Assembly: GCA_963789265.1 (NCBI GenBank)
Contig: CAWBKB010000007.1
Location: 192,001 to 256,000 of the forward strand
Length of the DNA: 64,000 nt
Direction of reading: 5' to 3'
From: an uncultured delta proteobacterium
Lineage (GTDB): Bacteria > Desulfobacterota > Desulfomonilia > Desulfomonilales > Desulfomonilaceae
Shown here piece by piece: positions 1-10,290 of this stretch (the first letter of the stretch is position 1; every line of letters begins with the position of its first letter). The notes beneath the pieces were generated by a model. It had not been told where the DNA came from, searched no databases, and was given only the letters and a program-made list of their open reading frames with translations. The translations under genes were made by a program, and so were the position numbers.

Positions 1-448
1 CAGGGGCAGCCGCTGCTAACTATTTATGTGCCGTCTACACTGGAGTTAGTGGTGCCGGTGGGAGAGGAGTTCGCCGACTACATACGTACCGGTACGGAGG
101 TTCGGGTCCATATTACCTCTCTCGGGCTCAAGCAAACCACCCACATCCGTGAGGTTGTTCCCCAGACCAACGAGCAGGCAAGGACGATCACCGTGAAAGC
201 GCCGCTTTCGGATGCTCCGGGGTTGACTCCAGGGCTTTATGGGACACTCGCATTCAATACGAAGACGTCTGAAGTCGTTGCCGTTCCGTCAAAGGTCGTC
301 GCGACAGTCGGGCAGTTGGAGAGTGTAAGGGTTTCTAAGAAATGGCCGAGTGGAAACTGTTTACGTGACGACCGGCCGAAAGCTGAATGGGGGGAAAATA
401 GAAATTGTGTCCGGAATCAAGCCGGGCGAACTGGTAGTGACGGATTGA
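1..448 (+). CDS. Efflux RND transporter periplasmic adaptor subunit, 3' part (5' end outside window; apparent indels near 335-395)
   Basis: IREVVPQTNEQARTITVKA..L.PGLYG and VAVPSKVV..GQLESV; a shifted frame continues RVETVYVTTGRK..KIEIVSGIKPGELVVTD-stop at 448. Confidence 0.75.
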
Positions 449-626
449 AGATATCGGGAAGTCGTGACCTTTAAGAACCTGTCTCAAAACTATATTGATA
501 CCTAGAATTGTGGCACGACTGGGTCTGATTCGTATAGCTGTTGCCCTCATTTTTCAACTGCTTGCAGTCTATACCCTCGTATGTTGAAGTTGGCAGCCAG
601 GATCAGTGAGGCCCCCAACCATCCAT

Positions 627-1148
627 TTACGCCTGAATGAATGCCGCAAACACTCCTGAATCCAAACTGGAAATATCGGTGATCTCAAAGCCTGCGAGCG
701 AAGCCTTGTGGGACGTCATGTTTCTCTGGAACCAGCAGCATCTAGCCTCGAATACGATAGTGGTGTTCGCGCCGAAAGGACCCATGCGGACTATGAAATT
801 CTTAACCTCGCCTATTTCCGCCTCAATCCCCTGTACGCAAACACCTTTCTCTGACACGTCCCTAATTACACCGCCTTTGAAAGGGTCGCCGCCATCAAAG
901 ATCTTCATCGGTAATTTCACAGGGTAACGCGGAAATTGCCGCAGCCCCTGAACCGAGACGCCGTGTAATGATTTAAGCTTGTTCAATTCATCTGTGCTCA
1001 TGGCGCCTCCCTTCACCAGTAGCTGGAACGCTTTGCGCATGCCATTTATTGTAAATCGATATTTGACCATGAGGTCGGAAACGTTCATTCCACTGCGAAT
1101 ATCATGAATAACGTCCTTGGCCTTGATTCTCCGTGTCGGTTTCATCAT
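627..1148 (-). CDS. PilZ domain protein with small N-terminal helical domain
   Basis: RQFPR (RxxxR) and DVSEKG (DxSxxG) c-di-GMP-binding motifs; SD AAGGAG upstream. Confidence 0.8.
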   Translation of the reverse strand: MMKPTRRIKAKDVIHDIRSGMNVSDLMVKYRFTINGMRKAFQLLVKGGAMSTDELNKLKSLHGVSVQGLRQFPRYPVKLPMKIFDGGDPFKGGVIRDVSEKGVCVQGIEAEIGEVKNFIVRMGPFGANTTIVFEARCCWFQRNMTSHKASLAGFEITDISSLDSGVFAAFIQA

Positions 1149-1330
1149 TCAATCTCCTTTAAGATCGAAAGTTTATCCAGTTCATTGAATCAGCTTCCCG
1201 GCCGCTACCGAAATCGATTAAACTACATCAAGGTTTCGAAAACGCCTTTGTTGCTGTATGGTTCTAAACTATTACCCCTTGGAATCTCCGTTGACGAAGG
1301 CACGCTACACCTGCTTGGCCTCGACCGGAT

Positions 1331-2380
1331 CTAAACTATTTCGAGATGTCCCACCATATCCGGCTCAAGGACCTCTCCAATCTCGGCAACGGGCTCGACC
1401 CCTTCCGCTATCAACGCGTCAAAGAGATCGCGCACACGTTCACCAGGCACGCCGAATATCAGCCCGCCCGAGGTCTGCGGATCAAACATCAAGTCCGCGA
1501 TTTCAGCGGAAATGCCCGAGTGCACAGTGACCCACGAGCCGAAAAACTTCCTATTAGAGTGCCCTCCGCCCGGAATCAATCCCATAGAAGCACCTTCCAT
1601 GGCCCCTTCAAGAATTGGGACAGATTCTGCGTGAATCCTCAGCTTGCACTTGCCGGCTCGAGCCATTTCCACAAGATGTCCGGCCAACCCAAATCCAGTC
1701 ACATCCGTGCAAGCCTTGACGTCAAATCTGGAAGCAACTTCGGAGGCATTCTTGTTGAGCGTGCAAAGCGAACGCACCATCGCATCCACAGAAGACGCTG
1801 TTGCTAGCTGGGCTTTAAGCGCGGTTGCGACGATACCGGTTCCGATGGCCTTGGTAAGAATTAAACGGTCCCCCGGTTGGAGGGCCGAGTTTGTCATCAT
1901 GCGATCCGGATGAACCAGGCCGGCCACGGACAGGCCGTACTTTAACTCGTCGTCTTCCACACTGTGGCCGCCGACCAGAGCGACTCCGGCCTCCTTGAGG
2001 ATATCCAGCCCTCCCTGAAGGATGCTCTTGAGAGTGGATATCCCGAGCTTTTTACTAGGAAAACAGACCACATTCATGGCCGTTATGGGACGGCCGCCCA
2101 TAGCGTACACGTCGCTTAAAGAATTCGTGGCCGCGGCTCGGCCGAAGATCCTTGGGTCGTCAACGATTGGAGTAAAGAAATCCAGCGTTTGGACAAGCGC
2201 CAGGGATTCGCTGAGGCGATATACACCCGCGTCCTCCGATCCAGCCGGTCCTGCCAGGACATTAGGATCGTAAGGAATGTCAATTCCGTGCAGAGCTTCC
2301 TCCAGGTCCCCTGGAGCTAATTTAGCCGCTCAGCCCGACGCTTGGGTCAGGGCGGTCAGCCTGATGTCATTGCAGGCCAT
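1331..2380 (-). CDS. selD: Selenide, water dikinase (selenophosphate synthetase) with selenocysteine at codon 17
   Basis: ATG 2380 reads MACNDIRLTALTQASG-TGA-AAKLAPGDL..SEDAGVY, in frame with ORF 1331-2110 (GGHSVEDDELKYGL, TDVTGFGLAGH, DPQTSGGL); SD GGAAGG. Confidence 0.95.
2300..2316 (-). promoter_or_regulatory. Bacterial SECIS-like hairpin of selD
   Basis: Minus strand CTCCAGG-GGA-CCTGGAG, a perfect 7-bp stem with G-rich loop starting 13 nt after the in-frame TGA (2332-2330). Confidence 0.75.
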
Positions 2381-2656
2381 TCGGTATCCTTCCCTCGATA
2401 GGTCGCCCCCCCTTCCCTATATTAAATATATGAATCCAGAATGTTACACCAGAGGATTTATCTCAATCTTTTTCCAAGGGGTGCTTTCACACGGAGATAT
2501 GAGGCGGAGCCTCAGTTCGGAAGCCCAATTCGGTCTGCCCTAGCCGGCAAGTAGAGGTAGTTCCGTGCAATTCTCAAACCTTTTCAACTATGCCAATTAC
2601 GTATGAGCAACGGCCTTGCATTGCCGGCTTGGACAAAAGTGGCTGCGTCTCACCAA

Positions 2657-3484
2657 TCATTGAGTCGAGAACGCTCCAACCTTGTTCGTGGAGTTGAAGA
2701 CGGCCGGTATTGCACCGAGTTTGTGACCTGCACTTGCCAAGTGGCACCGTGGCTCCGTCCGGGGTGCGTCCCTGATTAAAGCATCCGTCACCGGGACGCG
2801 GGGGCTCCGCAGGACAGCGGGATTCGGCCCGAAACGCAAGAGGTCCATTCCGGCAGGGCGGCCGTTGTTGGAGACATAGATGAATGCAGTCGCAACCTCG
2901 GTAGGGCGAGTTCCGTTAAAGGTTGCCCCGCTAGCCAGAAGCAGGTCCACCACCTCTCCGTAACCTCTTATAGAAGCCTGGGTCATAGCTGTGTTACCGT
3001 TGCGATCGCTGGCATTAACGGCCGCACCTTTTTCCAACAGGACTTGAACTACGTCGGTATGGCCTTCGGCCGCAGCACCCATGAGAGCAGTTACCCCGCT
3101 CTTGGGTTCTCTGATATCCGCGTTTGCGCCGTGATCGAGCAGTAGTTCCACAACTTCCTTATGTCCCATGACGGAAGCCCACATCAAAGCAGTGTCGCCA
3201 TTGTTATTCCTGGCTTCCAAGTTCGCACCTTGCTCCAGCAATACTCTCACTACTTCCTCATGGCCTTGGATCGCGGCCCAGATCAGAGGCGTCAAGCCGT
3301 CCCGATCCCTTGCGTTCACGTCCGCTCCTTCGTTCAGATAGCCGACAATCTCAAGATAGTCCCCTGTTCTCGCTGCCTCAAAAAGATTGCCGCTCAAGTG
3401 GCGCTCGCCGTAATAGGCATGATGCCAACAAAACAAAAGTAGCGGGAGGACAAACAGCATTGTCACGTTGCTTAGCCATTTCAT
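2657..3484 (-). CDS. Ankyrin repeat protein with N-terminal hydrophobic/signal segment
   Basis: Four to five GxTPL/GxTALMxA...GHxEVVxxLLxxGA repeats; SD GAGGAGG before ATG 3484. Confidence 0.9.
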   Translation of the reverse strand: MKWLSNVTMLFVLPLLLFCWHHAYYGERHLSGNLFEAARTGDYLEIVGYLNEGADVNARDRDGLTPLIWAAIQGHEEVVRVLLEQGANLEARNNNGDTALMWASVMGHKEVVELLLDHGANADIREPKSGVTALMGAAAEGHTDVVQVLLEKGAAVNASDRNGNTAMTQASIRGYGEVVDLLLASGATFNGTRPTEVATAFIYVSNNGRPAGMDLLRFGPNPAVLRSPRVPVTDALIRDAPRTEPRCHLASAGHKLGAIPAVFNSTNKVGAFSTQ

Positions 3485-3812
3485 CTTTCCACCCTCCTCT
3501 CGTTCCACTAACGCAATACTGCAAAAACATAGCAATTCCGGAAAAACGATGTATCAATTGCAATTCCCATTCATGCCTGCTCCAAGGATGCACCACGGTT
3601 TCTTCTGACTTCCTAGTACCGGCACATCTCTGAATATCCATAAGTTTGATGAGCAGGCGCGTCAGATCTCTCCGTGTACTGGCCCTCTGCGTAATATTTT
3701 CACAGTGTAGTCGGAAACTGTTCCCCCGAACTAATGCCCTCTGTGAGAGTGCGCAACCCCTTCTTTTCTCTGTTTCGCTGTTAAAACGATTTGTACGCTC
3801 GTGCATAGATCA

Positions 3813-3828
3813 TGCATTTTTAGTGCCA
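3813..3828 (-). promoter_or_regulatory. Putative sigma54 (-24/-12) promoter upstream of the ankyrin gene
   Basis: Minus strand TGGCAC-TAAAA-ATGCA has the exact GG/GC spacing. Confidence 0.5.
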
Positions 3829-4192
3829 TATCTGAGGAGATTGCAAAATTATACTTTTGAGAGGTTTAAGACAGAGGATTCGCGAATCGGGGCAGTGAGG
3901 TACGCCCCGCCGAAAAAGCCCTCCGCTTACACAGGATTGTGGCAAAACAGCCACATTCACGAATAAATCCAGTAAATCCAGCAAGATAATTTTGGCAGGA
4001 GTGGGGGTTTTTGCTCCATCAGGCGATAGGTGGTCGATTTACGCCCACATCAGATTTGGTGGAAGAGGTTTCGTTAAAGTGTTTGCCAAAAGTAATGTCC
4101 GTTTGGCCGCCCGACGCGAAGAATGCTGAAAACGCGTCCCGATGAGCGTTTCGTCGTCATTTCCGCGTACGCGATCCCGCACGGCGGCTTCA

Positions 4193-4435
4193 GTAGGTCC
4201 GGCATCCTGCCGGCCATTTACACTCTCGTTCACGGGCTCGGCCTAGGAATGCCGGTCTTGGACCAATCGGCCATCAAACAAGTGACAATCTCGGCGAGGA
4301 TATGGTGGGGCATCCCGCGCGGCTGGCGGGACTGCCTGTCCCACGTTCCGCGGGATCACCCCGGACTTCAATCCGGGCTATGTAGGGGCGGACCCGCGTG
4401 TCCGCCCGGGGCAGACACATAGGTCTGCCCCTACA
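4193..4435. repeat. Cluster of REP-like palindromes
   Basis: GTAGGTCCGGCATCCTGCCGGCC, two TCCCGCG/CGCGGGA-type hairpins, and TGTAGGGGCGGACCCGCGTGTCCGCCC..GGGCAGACACATAGGTCTGCCCCTACA (4381-4435). Confidence 0.7.
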
Positions 4436-4493
4436 TTATGTACAACCAGGATAACAAGCTTCAATTTATCGCCTACGAGATTCCGGCACAGGC

Positions 4494-5084
4494 TCACACT
4501 CCGGCCAAAGATCGGCCTTCGTGAAACGCCTTCAGATTGATTTCAACGAGTTTCGGCTTCAAGGACTCCTTCAGCGCCTCTTCGTACTTTTCGGCAGGTA
4601 TATCAAGGTACTTCGAAAGTACTCCAAGAAAGATCACGTTGAGCACTCGCGGATTCCCCATCTTCCGGGCCACCTCGGTCCCGTCGATCACCATTGCGTC
4701 AGGGACCCGCTCCTTGATTCTGGCAGAAACATCGGGTGGATACTCCTGCTTCCCAGTGAATACCGCAGGGGGAAGGACCTTCTGGTCGTTCACAATCACC
4801 TTTCCTTTTTCAGAGAGGTAATGAAAGTACCGCAAGGTCTCTATTTGTTCGAAGGAAAGCAGCACGTCCGCTTCACCGGCTTTAATTATGGGAGAACTGA
4901 CAAGTTTTCCGAAACGAACGTGACTGGATACGGAACCGCCCCGCTGCGCCATCCCGTGGATTTCGTTCTTTTTTACGTCGTATCCGTGACGAGCCGCCAC
5001 TCGGCCCAGCACGTCGCTGGCCAAAATTATCCCCTGGCCGCCGACCCCGACTATCAGGACATTGTAAACGCGGTTCTCGCTCAT
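4494..5084 (-). CDS. iorB: Indolepyruvate ferredoxin oxidoreductase subunit beta
   Basis: GVGGQGIILAS and EIHGMAQRGGSVSSHVRFG; ATGA overlap with the iorA stop. Confidence 0.93.
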   Translation of the reverse strand: MSENRVYNVLIVGVGGQGIILASDVLGRVAARHGYDVKKNEIHGMAQRGGSVSSHVRFGKLVSSPIIKAGEADVLLSFEQIETLRYFHYLSEKGKVIVNDQKVLPPAVFTGKQEYPPDVSARIKERVPDAMVIDGTEVARKMGNPRVLNVIFLGVLSKYLDIPAEKYEEALKESLKPKLVEINLKAFHEGRSLAGV

Positions 5085-6863
5085 GACGCCTCCTCGATGC
5101 AGTTGAACTTGCAGGCCTCCTGACAGGTGCGACACCCTACACAAAGCGCTTCGTTTATTCTGGAAAAGCCTTTGCGTTTCTCACCTTCCGCGGGCTCGTC
5201 TATCTTGACGAATTCCAGTGCCGGACAGCCTGTATTGATGCAGCTTTTGCATCCCTTGCACATATCCGGATCAATTTTCAACGGCCTGTCGGGCAGGATT
5301 CGCCCGGTCTTTAGAAGCGCACAAGGCGCACGGGCTATTATCACTGAAGGTTCGTTGGCTTCCAGCTCTTCGCCGATCACCTTTTCCGTCTCTTTCACTT
5401 CATAGGGGTTGACGATCCGTATTCTCTTGAATCCGAAAGCCTCGGCGAGCTTGGCCATATCCGCACTGATCGTAGGGTCCTGACGAAGCGTGAAGCCTGT
5501 GCCGGGATGCGGCTGAGCGCCGGTCATGGCAGTGGTCCGGTTGTCCATAATGACCACGGTGGTAAAACCGCCATTGTAAGCCAGTTCAAGCAGGGGGGTC
5601 ATCCCGGAATGGAAGAATGTGGAGTCCCCTATCACTGCGACTGCCTTTCCTTTTGCCAGTTCACCGAGGGATCTGTCCAAGCCGGAGGCAATGCCGATTC
5701 CCGCGCCCATGCAGAGGCAATGGTCGAGCATCCCAACTGGGGGGAGCGCTCCGAGGGTGTAACAACCTATGTCACCTGCGACGTAAACCTTCCTTTTCTT
5801 CAAGGCGCTGAAAGTGGCTCTATGCGGACATCCGGGGCACATGTTCGGCGGCCTGAGCGGCAATTCCATTTCTATAGGCGCGACGCTTTTGGAAGTGCTC
5901 TTCCCGGTGAGGGCAACCTCCACTTTTTCCGGAGAAAGCTCTCCACACAGGCCGGTCAGCTCCTTGCCTTCCACCTTTATGCCCATCAAGCGGACCGCTT
6001 CTTCGATGAAAGGGTCCAATTCTTCGACCACGACGAGCCGCTTCACACGGGCAGCAAAGTCCCGAATCATCTTCTCCGGAAGCGGCCATACCATGCCGAG
6101 CTTCAAGAAAGAGGCAGAGGGCATGACTTCCCGGGCGTACTGGAACGCGACGCCTGCCGAGACGATTCCCAGCGAATCGTCCCCCGCGATGACCTGGTTG
6201 AATGGGAAGCTTTCCGCATACTCGGCCAAATCTTTGAGCCTCTGTTCCACAACAGGGTGGCGGCGCCTCGCCATTGCCGGGAGCATCACAAATTTCATTG
6301 GGTCCTTTTTTAGCCCCAACTCCTTAGTCCCTTCCACGCGCTCCTTGACCTCGACAAGAGACATGGAATGGGAAATGCGTGTGCTGCTTCGGACAATCAC
6401 GGGCGTGTCGAACTCTTCGCTTATAGCCAATGCCGCTCCCATGAGGTCTTTGGCCTCCTGGCTGTCGGAAGGCTCAAGGCAAGGCACTTTGCCGAACTTC
6501 GCGAAATTGCGAGTGTCTTGCTCATTCTGGGAGGAGTGCATTTCCGGGTCGTCACAGACCACCAGCACCAGAACCGCCGTTCACGCCAGTATAGGAGAGC
6601 GTCATGAATGGATCTGCCGCCACGTTGAGCCCCACGTGCTTCATCACGGCGATGGCCCTCGATCCCCCGTACGCGGCTCCTGCTGCAACTTCCACGGCGA
6701 CTTTCTCATTCGGGGCCCACCCTGCTATAATTCGGCGGTATTTTTGCCCGATAGATTCCAAGATTTCTGTGCTTGGGGTTCCAGGATACGCGGAGGCCAA
6801 TCGCACGCCGTACTCATAAGCCCCGCGTGCGATGGCTTCATTTCCTGACATAAGCTCTTTCAC
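5081..6863 (-). CDS. iorA: Indolepyruvate ferredoxin oxidoreductase subunit alpha (one apparent 1-nt insertion near 6572)
   Basis: MSGNEAIARGA, YPGTPSTE, MKHVGLNVAAD (ORF 6552-6881) joins LVVCDDPEMHSSQNEQD, CPGCPHR, GDIGCYTL, GDSTFFHSG and two C-terminal 4Fe-4S motifs (ORF 5081-6568). Confidence 0.92.
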
Positions 6864-7018
6864 GGCTCGTCCACCTTTCATTGATTTCCGGTTCTTCAGG
6901 CTCGTGCCGGGACCCGGGAGGAGTGAAAACGTTTCAGGCGAGGCTTGCGTCTATATTTCAATGGCTTGTGCGCACTTACAAGAGGGACTGACTTGACGGA
7001 CCGGTGCCGTTGTTATTT

Positions 7019-7047
7019 ATCCTAGTCTTGGAGAAAAACTGTGTCAA
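7019..7047 (-). promoter_or_regulatory. Putative sigma70 promoter for iorAB
   Basis: Minus strand TTGACA-17 nt-TAGGAT. Confidence 0.5.
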
Positions 7048-7523
7048 GAAGTTCAGCAAAGGACAAAAGAGCTGCAAGAATCACCGTTTTGATGATCTTT
7101 TAGAATTAGCGACTGAAGCAGCTTTTGGTGCGGTTGATTCCGAAATAGGCGGTTGCGGGACATTCATTATAGCGAATAATCGGTTCAAAGATGGAGTGAG
7201 AAAAGATAGGATTCGCGGTGCAGCCGAAACCCTCCCCTCAGAAAACTGTCTAATACGAACAAAGCGCGCTGTCGTAGTGTTGCACATTGCCTTCTTCTGG
7301 AAATGAGGTTTTCTTGATGGGGCAAATTGGCTCGTAAGTATTTACGGACGTCAGGTTGCGGGGGGCGCTCTTCTAATTGATGGCTCTGTTACTGCTCTTT
7401 GGACGGCAGGAAAAAAAAGGATTACAGACCGGGCGTTTTTCTTATTGACTTTTTGTGTTGCAACATGCTAGTTGTACTAATCATTTTTATTATAATGCGC
7501 ACGTAGAGTGCTGAGAGATTGTC

Positions 7524-8387
7524 ATGTCTCGTGTTTTTGTTGGGATGGGTATAGGGTTGGTGGTGTTCTCTCTCCTTGCGTCGCCTCTCGAGGCCGCGCG
7601 ATCGGCCACCGTCAAACATGCAAAGTACCGAATTTCCCGGGGCTCGCGATTGGGGGAACGGGTCGTGCTTCGTGCTTCCCCTGTGCCTGCGAGGGGACCT
7701 ATTGCCGTACCCGCGTCCGCCGGACCGGCGGGAGCGGCCGCGACACCGGCCCTTATCGACCGGAGCCGCATGGAAAGTCGGCTCACGCCCTCGGATTCCC
7801 TCAAGTCTGACAAGGGACTTCCTACAGGCCTTGACGGAGGATTGAGCTACCTCGAAATCCAGGTAAGCCATTCGGCACACGATTTCAAGTTATATGCCAA
7901 CACCTTGACCGGGAAGCGAGAAAAGCTCTATGAATGCAAGGTCGGCCTTGGTTCATCAGAGTTTCCTACGCCGGTCGGAGTTTACTTCGTGACCCACATC
8001 TACGATCAGGACCCCTGGTGGATACCCCCACCAGATCGGTGGTGGGCCGCCGGCCAAAGACCCAGTCGCAAGGTGTACGGCGGAACCATGGCACCTCTTC
8101 TCAAAAAGCGGCCTGTCAGGGTGAAAAAGCATAAGCCCGACCCCGAGGACAAGATCGCGGGGCAGGTCCGATTGGACGACTACGGATACAGGTTCCATGG
8201 AACCAACGCGCCGAGAAGTATCGGTCAGAATCAATCGCACGGTTGTGTTAGAATGCGGCCTGACGATGCCCGGAAGGTCGCCGGCTTGATCAGAGAATAT
8301 GTGGGTCAGCCGGAGCACAGAGCCGATGACGAAAACGGGTCATACTTCATACTGAATGCCCCTGTGCGTCTCAATCTGGTGAAGTAA
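7524..8387 (+). CDS. L,D-transpeptidase family protein (YkuD domain), secreted
   Basis: Signal peptide; VGLGSSEFPTPVG; FHGTNAPRSIGQNQSHGCVRM catalytic motif. Confidence 0.9.
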   Translation: MSRVFVGMGIGLVVFSLLASPLEAARSATVKHAKYRISRGSRLGERVVLRASPVPARGPIAVPASAGPAGAAATPALIDRSRMESRLTPSDSLKSDKGLPTGLDGGLSYLEIQVSHSAHDFKLYANTLTGKREKLYECKVGLGSSEFPTPVGVYFVTHIYDQDPWWIPPPDRWWAAGQRPSRKVYGGTMAPLLKKRPVRVKKHKPDPEDKIAGQVRLDDYGYRFHGTNAPRSIGQNQSHGCVRMRPDDARKVAGLIREYVGQPEHRADDENGSYFILNAPVRLNLVK

Positions 8388-8419
8388 CACCGCGAAATTC
8401 TTGAAATGCCCGCCGGACA

Positions 8420-8475
8420 TAGGGCGGGCCGTTGCCGCCATTAATTTATTCCCGGCGGGCACAGGCCCGCCCTAC
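8420..8475. repeat. Inverted REP pair between convergent genes
   Basis: TAGGGCGGGCCGTTGCCGCC ... GGCGGGCACAGGCCCGCCCTAC. Confidence 0.7.
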
Positions 8476-8479
8476 CCAA

Positions 8480-8869
8480 CTAACGTTGCGGAATTCCCGT
8501 CAAATTGCTCCGACAGTGGCGGTCGATAATTTCCAGCCATTTTTCCAGGTCCACGCCGCACGCGTAATGATCGCGGCCGATTCCCGGTGATGAGCATTCT
8601 TCGAAGATGGTATCCGAATTGACGAGGCAGACGGGCCATCCTGTGACGTGATGTCTCACGCGGCTGTTCGTATTCACGCGGTAGACCATAAACGCCGTGT
8701 TATCGCAGAAGACCCGGTACCAAATTCCCTCATATTCCACGGATAAGTCCGAGCCAAGGACCCCCAGATCCTGAAATACCTTCCGAATGCGGGCGAAGAC
8801 CATACGGGGAGATCTTTCGGGACGCGAGTCCCTTTCCAAGGGCGGCAGGTTTCCTGAATTGCTCGGCAT
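8480..8869 (-). CDS. Hypothetical protein
   Basis: 129-aa ORF with SD GGAGG, co-directional with the upstream kinase. Confidence 0.65.
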   Translation of the reverse strand: MPSNSGNLPPLERDSRPERSPRMVFARIRKVFQDLGVLGSDLSVEYEGIWYRVFCDNTAFMVYRVNTNSRVRHHVTGWPVCLVNSDTIFEECSSPGIGRDHYACGVDLEKWLEIIDRHCRSNLTGIPQR

Positions 8870-8936
8870 GAACGGCCTCCAAACCGGTCATTTTGGGCTT
8901 GCCGGCGGTTTACTCGCGTAGCGACTGTGCTTAACT

Positions 8937-9872
8937 CTAGCCTATAGGCCCAAAGCATGCCTCGTACCTGGCCCAGAACTCTTCCTGGGAAAAGCGATGG
9001 CATTGGGTCCCTTGGCACTCCACTGAATAACCCGCACACACCGCGCCTATCCGACTCGCCGCCACCAGATCTTTTCCCATTACCAAACCCTTGATCAGAC
9101 CGGCCCTGAATGCATCACCCGCGCCCGTGGGGTCCAGCACTCGTTTAGTCGGTACGGCGGGTATTTGCACCTCTTTTTCAGGAGTTGAAATCAGAGAACC
9201 TTTTTCCCCGAGAGTGGTGATTATGGCTCCGGTCTTCTCGAGCAAGTCGCTTTTTTGCAAGCCACTGGACCGCATGACCATTTCAAGCTCGTAATCGTTC
9301 GAGATGAATATCATCGAGCCGCTGAGCGCCTCTATCAGCGCATCGGTCGATAAAGCCGGAATGCTTTGTCCCGGGTCGAAGATGTAAGGTAAGCGTCGGT
9401 CTCTATAAATTTTTGGAAAAGTGAGCATCTCGTCAAGATTTCCCGGTGACACGATGGCGAGGGAATTCTGAGGTTCTGCTCCATCAATCTGGTACAGGCA
9501 AGGATACTTCATTGCCCCGGGATTAAACCCGGTAATCTGGTTGTCGGCCTTATCTGTGGTGATGTACGCTCCTGCGGTGAATTCTTCCGAAATTATCCGG
9601 ATACCATCCAGGCTCAACCCTTGCTCGGACAACCAATTCTTGTAGCTATGGAAATCCTTGCCCGCAGTGGCCAGTATGAATGGCTGTTCTCCGAGGAGGG
9701 CAAGGCTGTAGGCGATATTTCCTGCGGTACCTCCGAATTGTTCTTTCAAGCCGTTCACCTGGAAGCAGACATTTAGGATATGGATCTTGTCAGGAAGAAT
9801 ATGGTCCGAAAATTTTTCAGGGAAATCCATAATTTTATCATAAACTAAAGACCCGGAGACAAAGATTTGCAT
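8937..9872 (-). CDS. PfkB family carbohydrate/nucleoside kinase (adenosine kinase-like)
   Basis: GGTAGNIAYSL, FDPGQ, DPTGAGDAFRAG; SD AGGAG; upstream TTGACA-17-TATCCT at 9949-9921. Confidence 0.92.
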   Translation of the reverse strand: MQIFVSGSLVYDKIMDFPEKFSDHILPDKIHILNVCFQVNGLKEQFGGTAGNIAYSLALLGEQPFILATAGKDFHSYKNWLSEQGLSLDGIRIISEEFTAGAYITTDKADNQITGFNPGAMKYPCLYQIDGAEPQNSLAIVSPGNLDEMLTFPKIYRDRRLPYIFDPGQSIPALSTDALIEALSGSMIFISNDYELEMVMRSSGLQKSDLLEKTGAIITTLGEKGSLISTPEKEVQIPAVPTKRVLDPTGAGDAFRAGLIKGLVMGKDLVAASRIGAVCAGYSVECQGTQCHRFSQEEFWARYEACFGPIG

Positions 9873-10000
9873 CCCACACTCCTGAACTGCACGCATGAAT
9901 TCTAGTATTTGTCAGTTCAGAGGATATGAGAAGCGCGTTAGGGTGTCAAGAACCATCTAAGGCGACCTGGTAATCCCTCAGTTACGGGCGGCAAAAGATT

Positions 10001-10085
10001 GTCATTGCGAGCGAAGCGAGGCAATCTCATTTCTGGAGAGCGTCCAGAACCGAGATTGCTTCGTCGCTTTGCTCCTCGCAATGAC
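10001..10085. repeat. Palindromic element of the GTCATTGCGAG...CTCGCAATGAC type
   Basis: GTCATTGCGAGCGAAGCGAGGCAATCTC ... GAGATTGCTTCGTCGCTTTGCTCCTCGCAATGAC, long imperfect inverted repeat. Confidence 0.85.
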
Positions 10086-10290
10086 ATGAGAAAGAAAGTT
10101 CCCCGCACATACAAATGATTCCGGTGAACCGTTCCGTCTTACGTTCTTTGCCTCTGATTCTCGATGCTGTTGCGCGGGTGACTGAATTTGGTGTAACGTA
10201 CTCTCAATTAAGAAAGGCGCACTTCCTTGCTGGTTTACTGAGGTCCCACCTTTCGCGCACGAGGCTCCTTAATGGCCAGGCACCGCAGAG

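Noticed and set aside
4521..6848. Long antisense ORFs (e.g. 5814-6848, 5507-6313; likewise 18710-19552 and 33159-33884)
   Set aside because: Shadows of well-supported genes on the opposite strand, with no motifs or SD.
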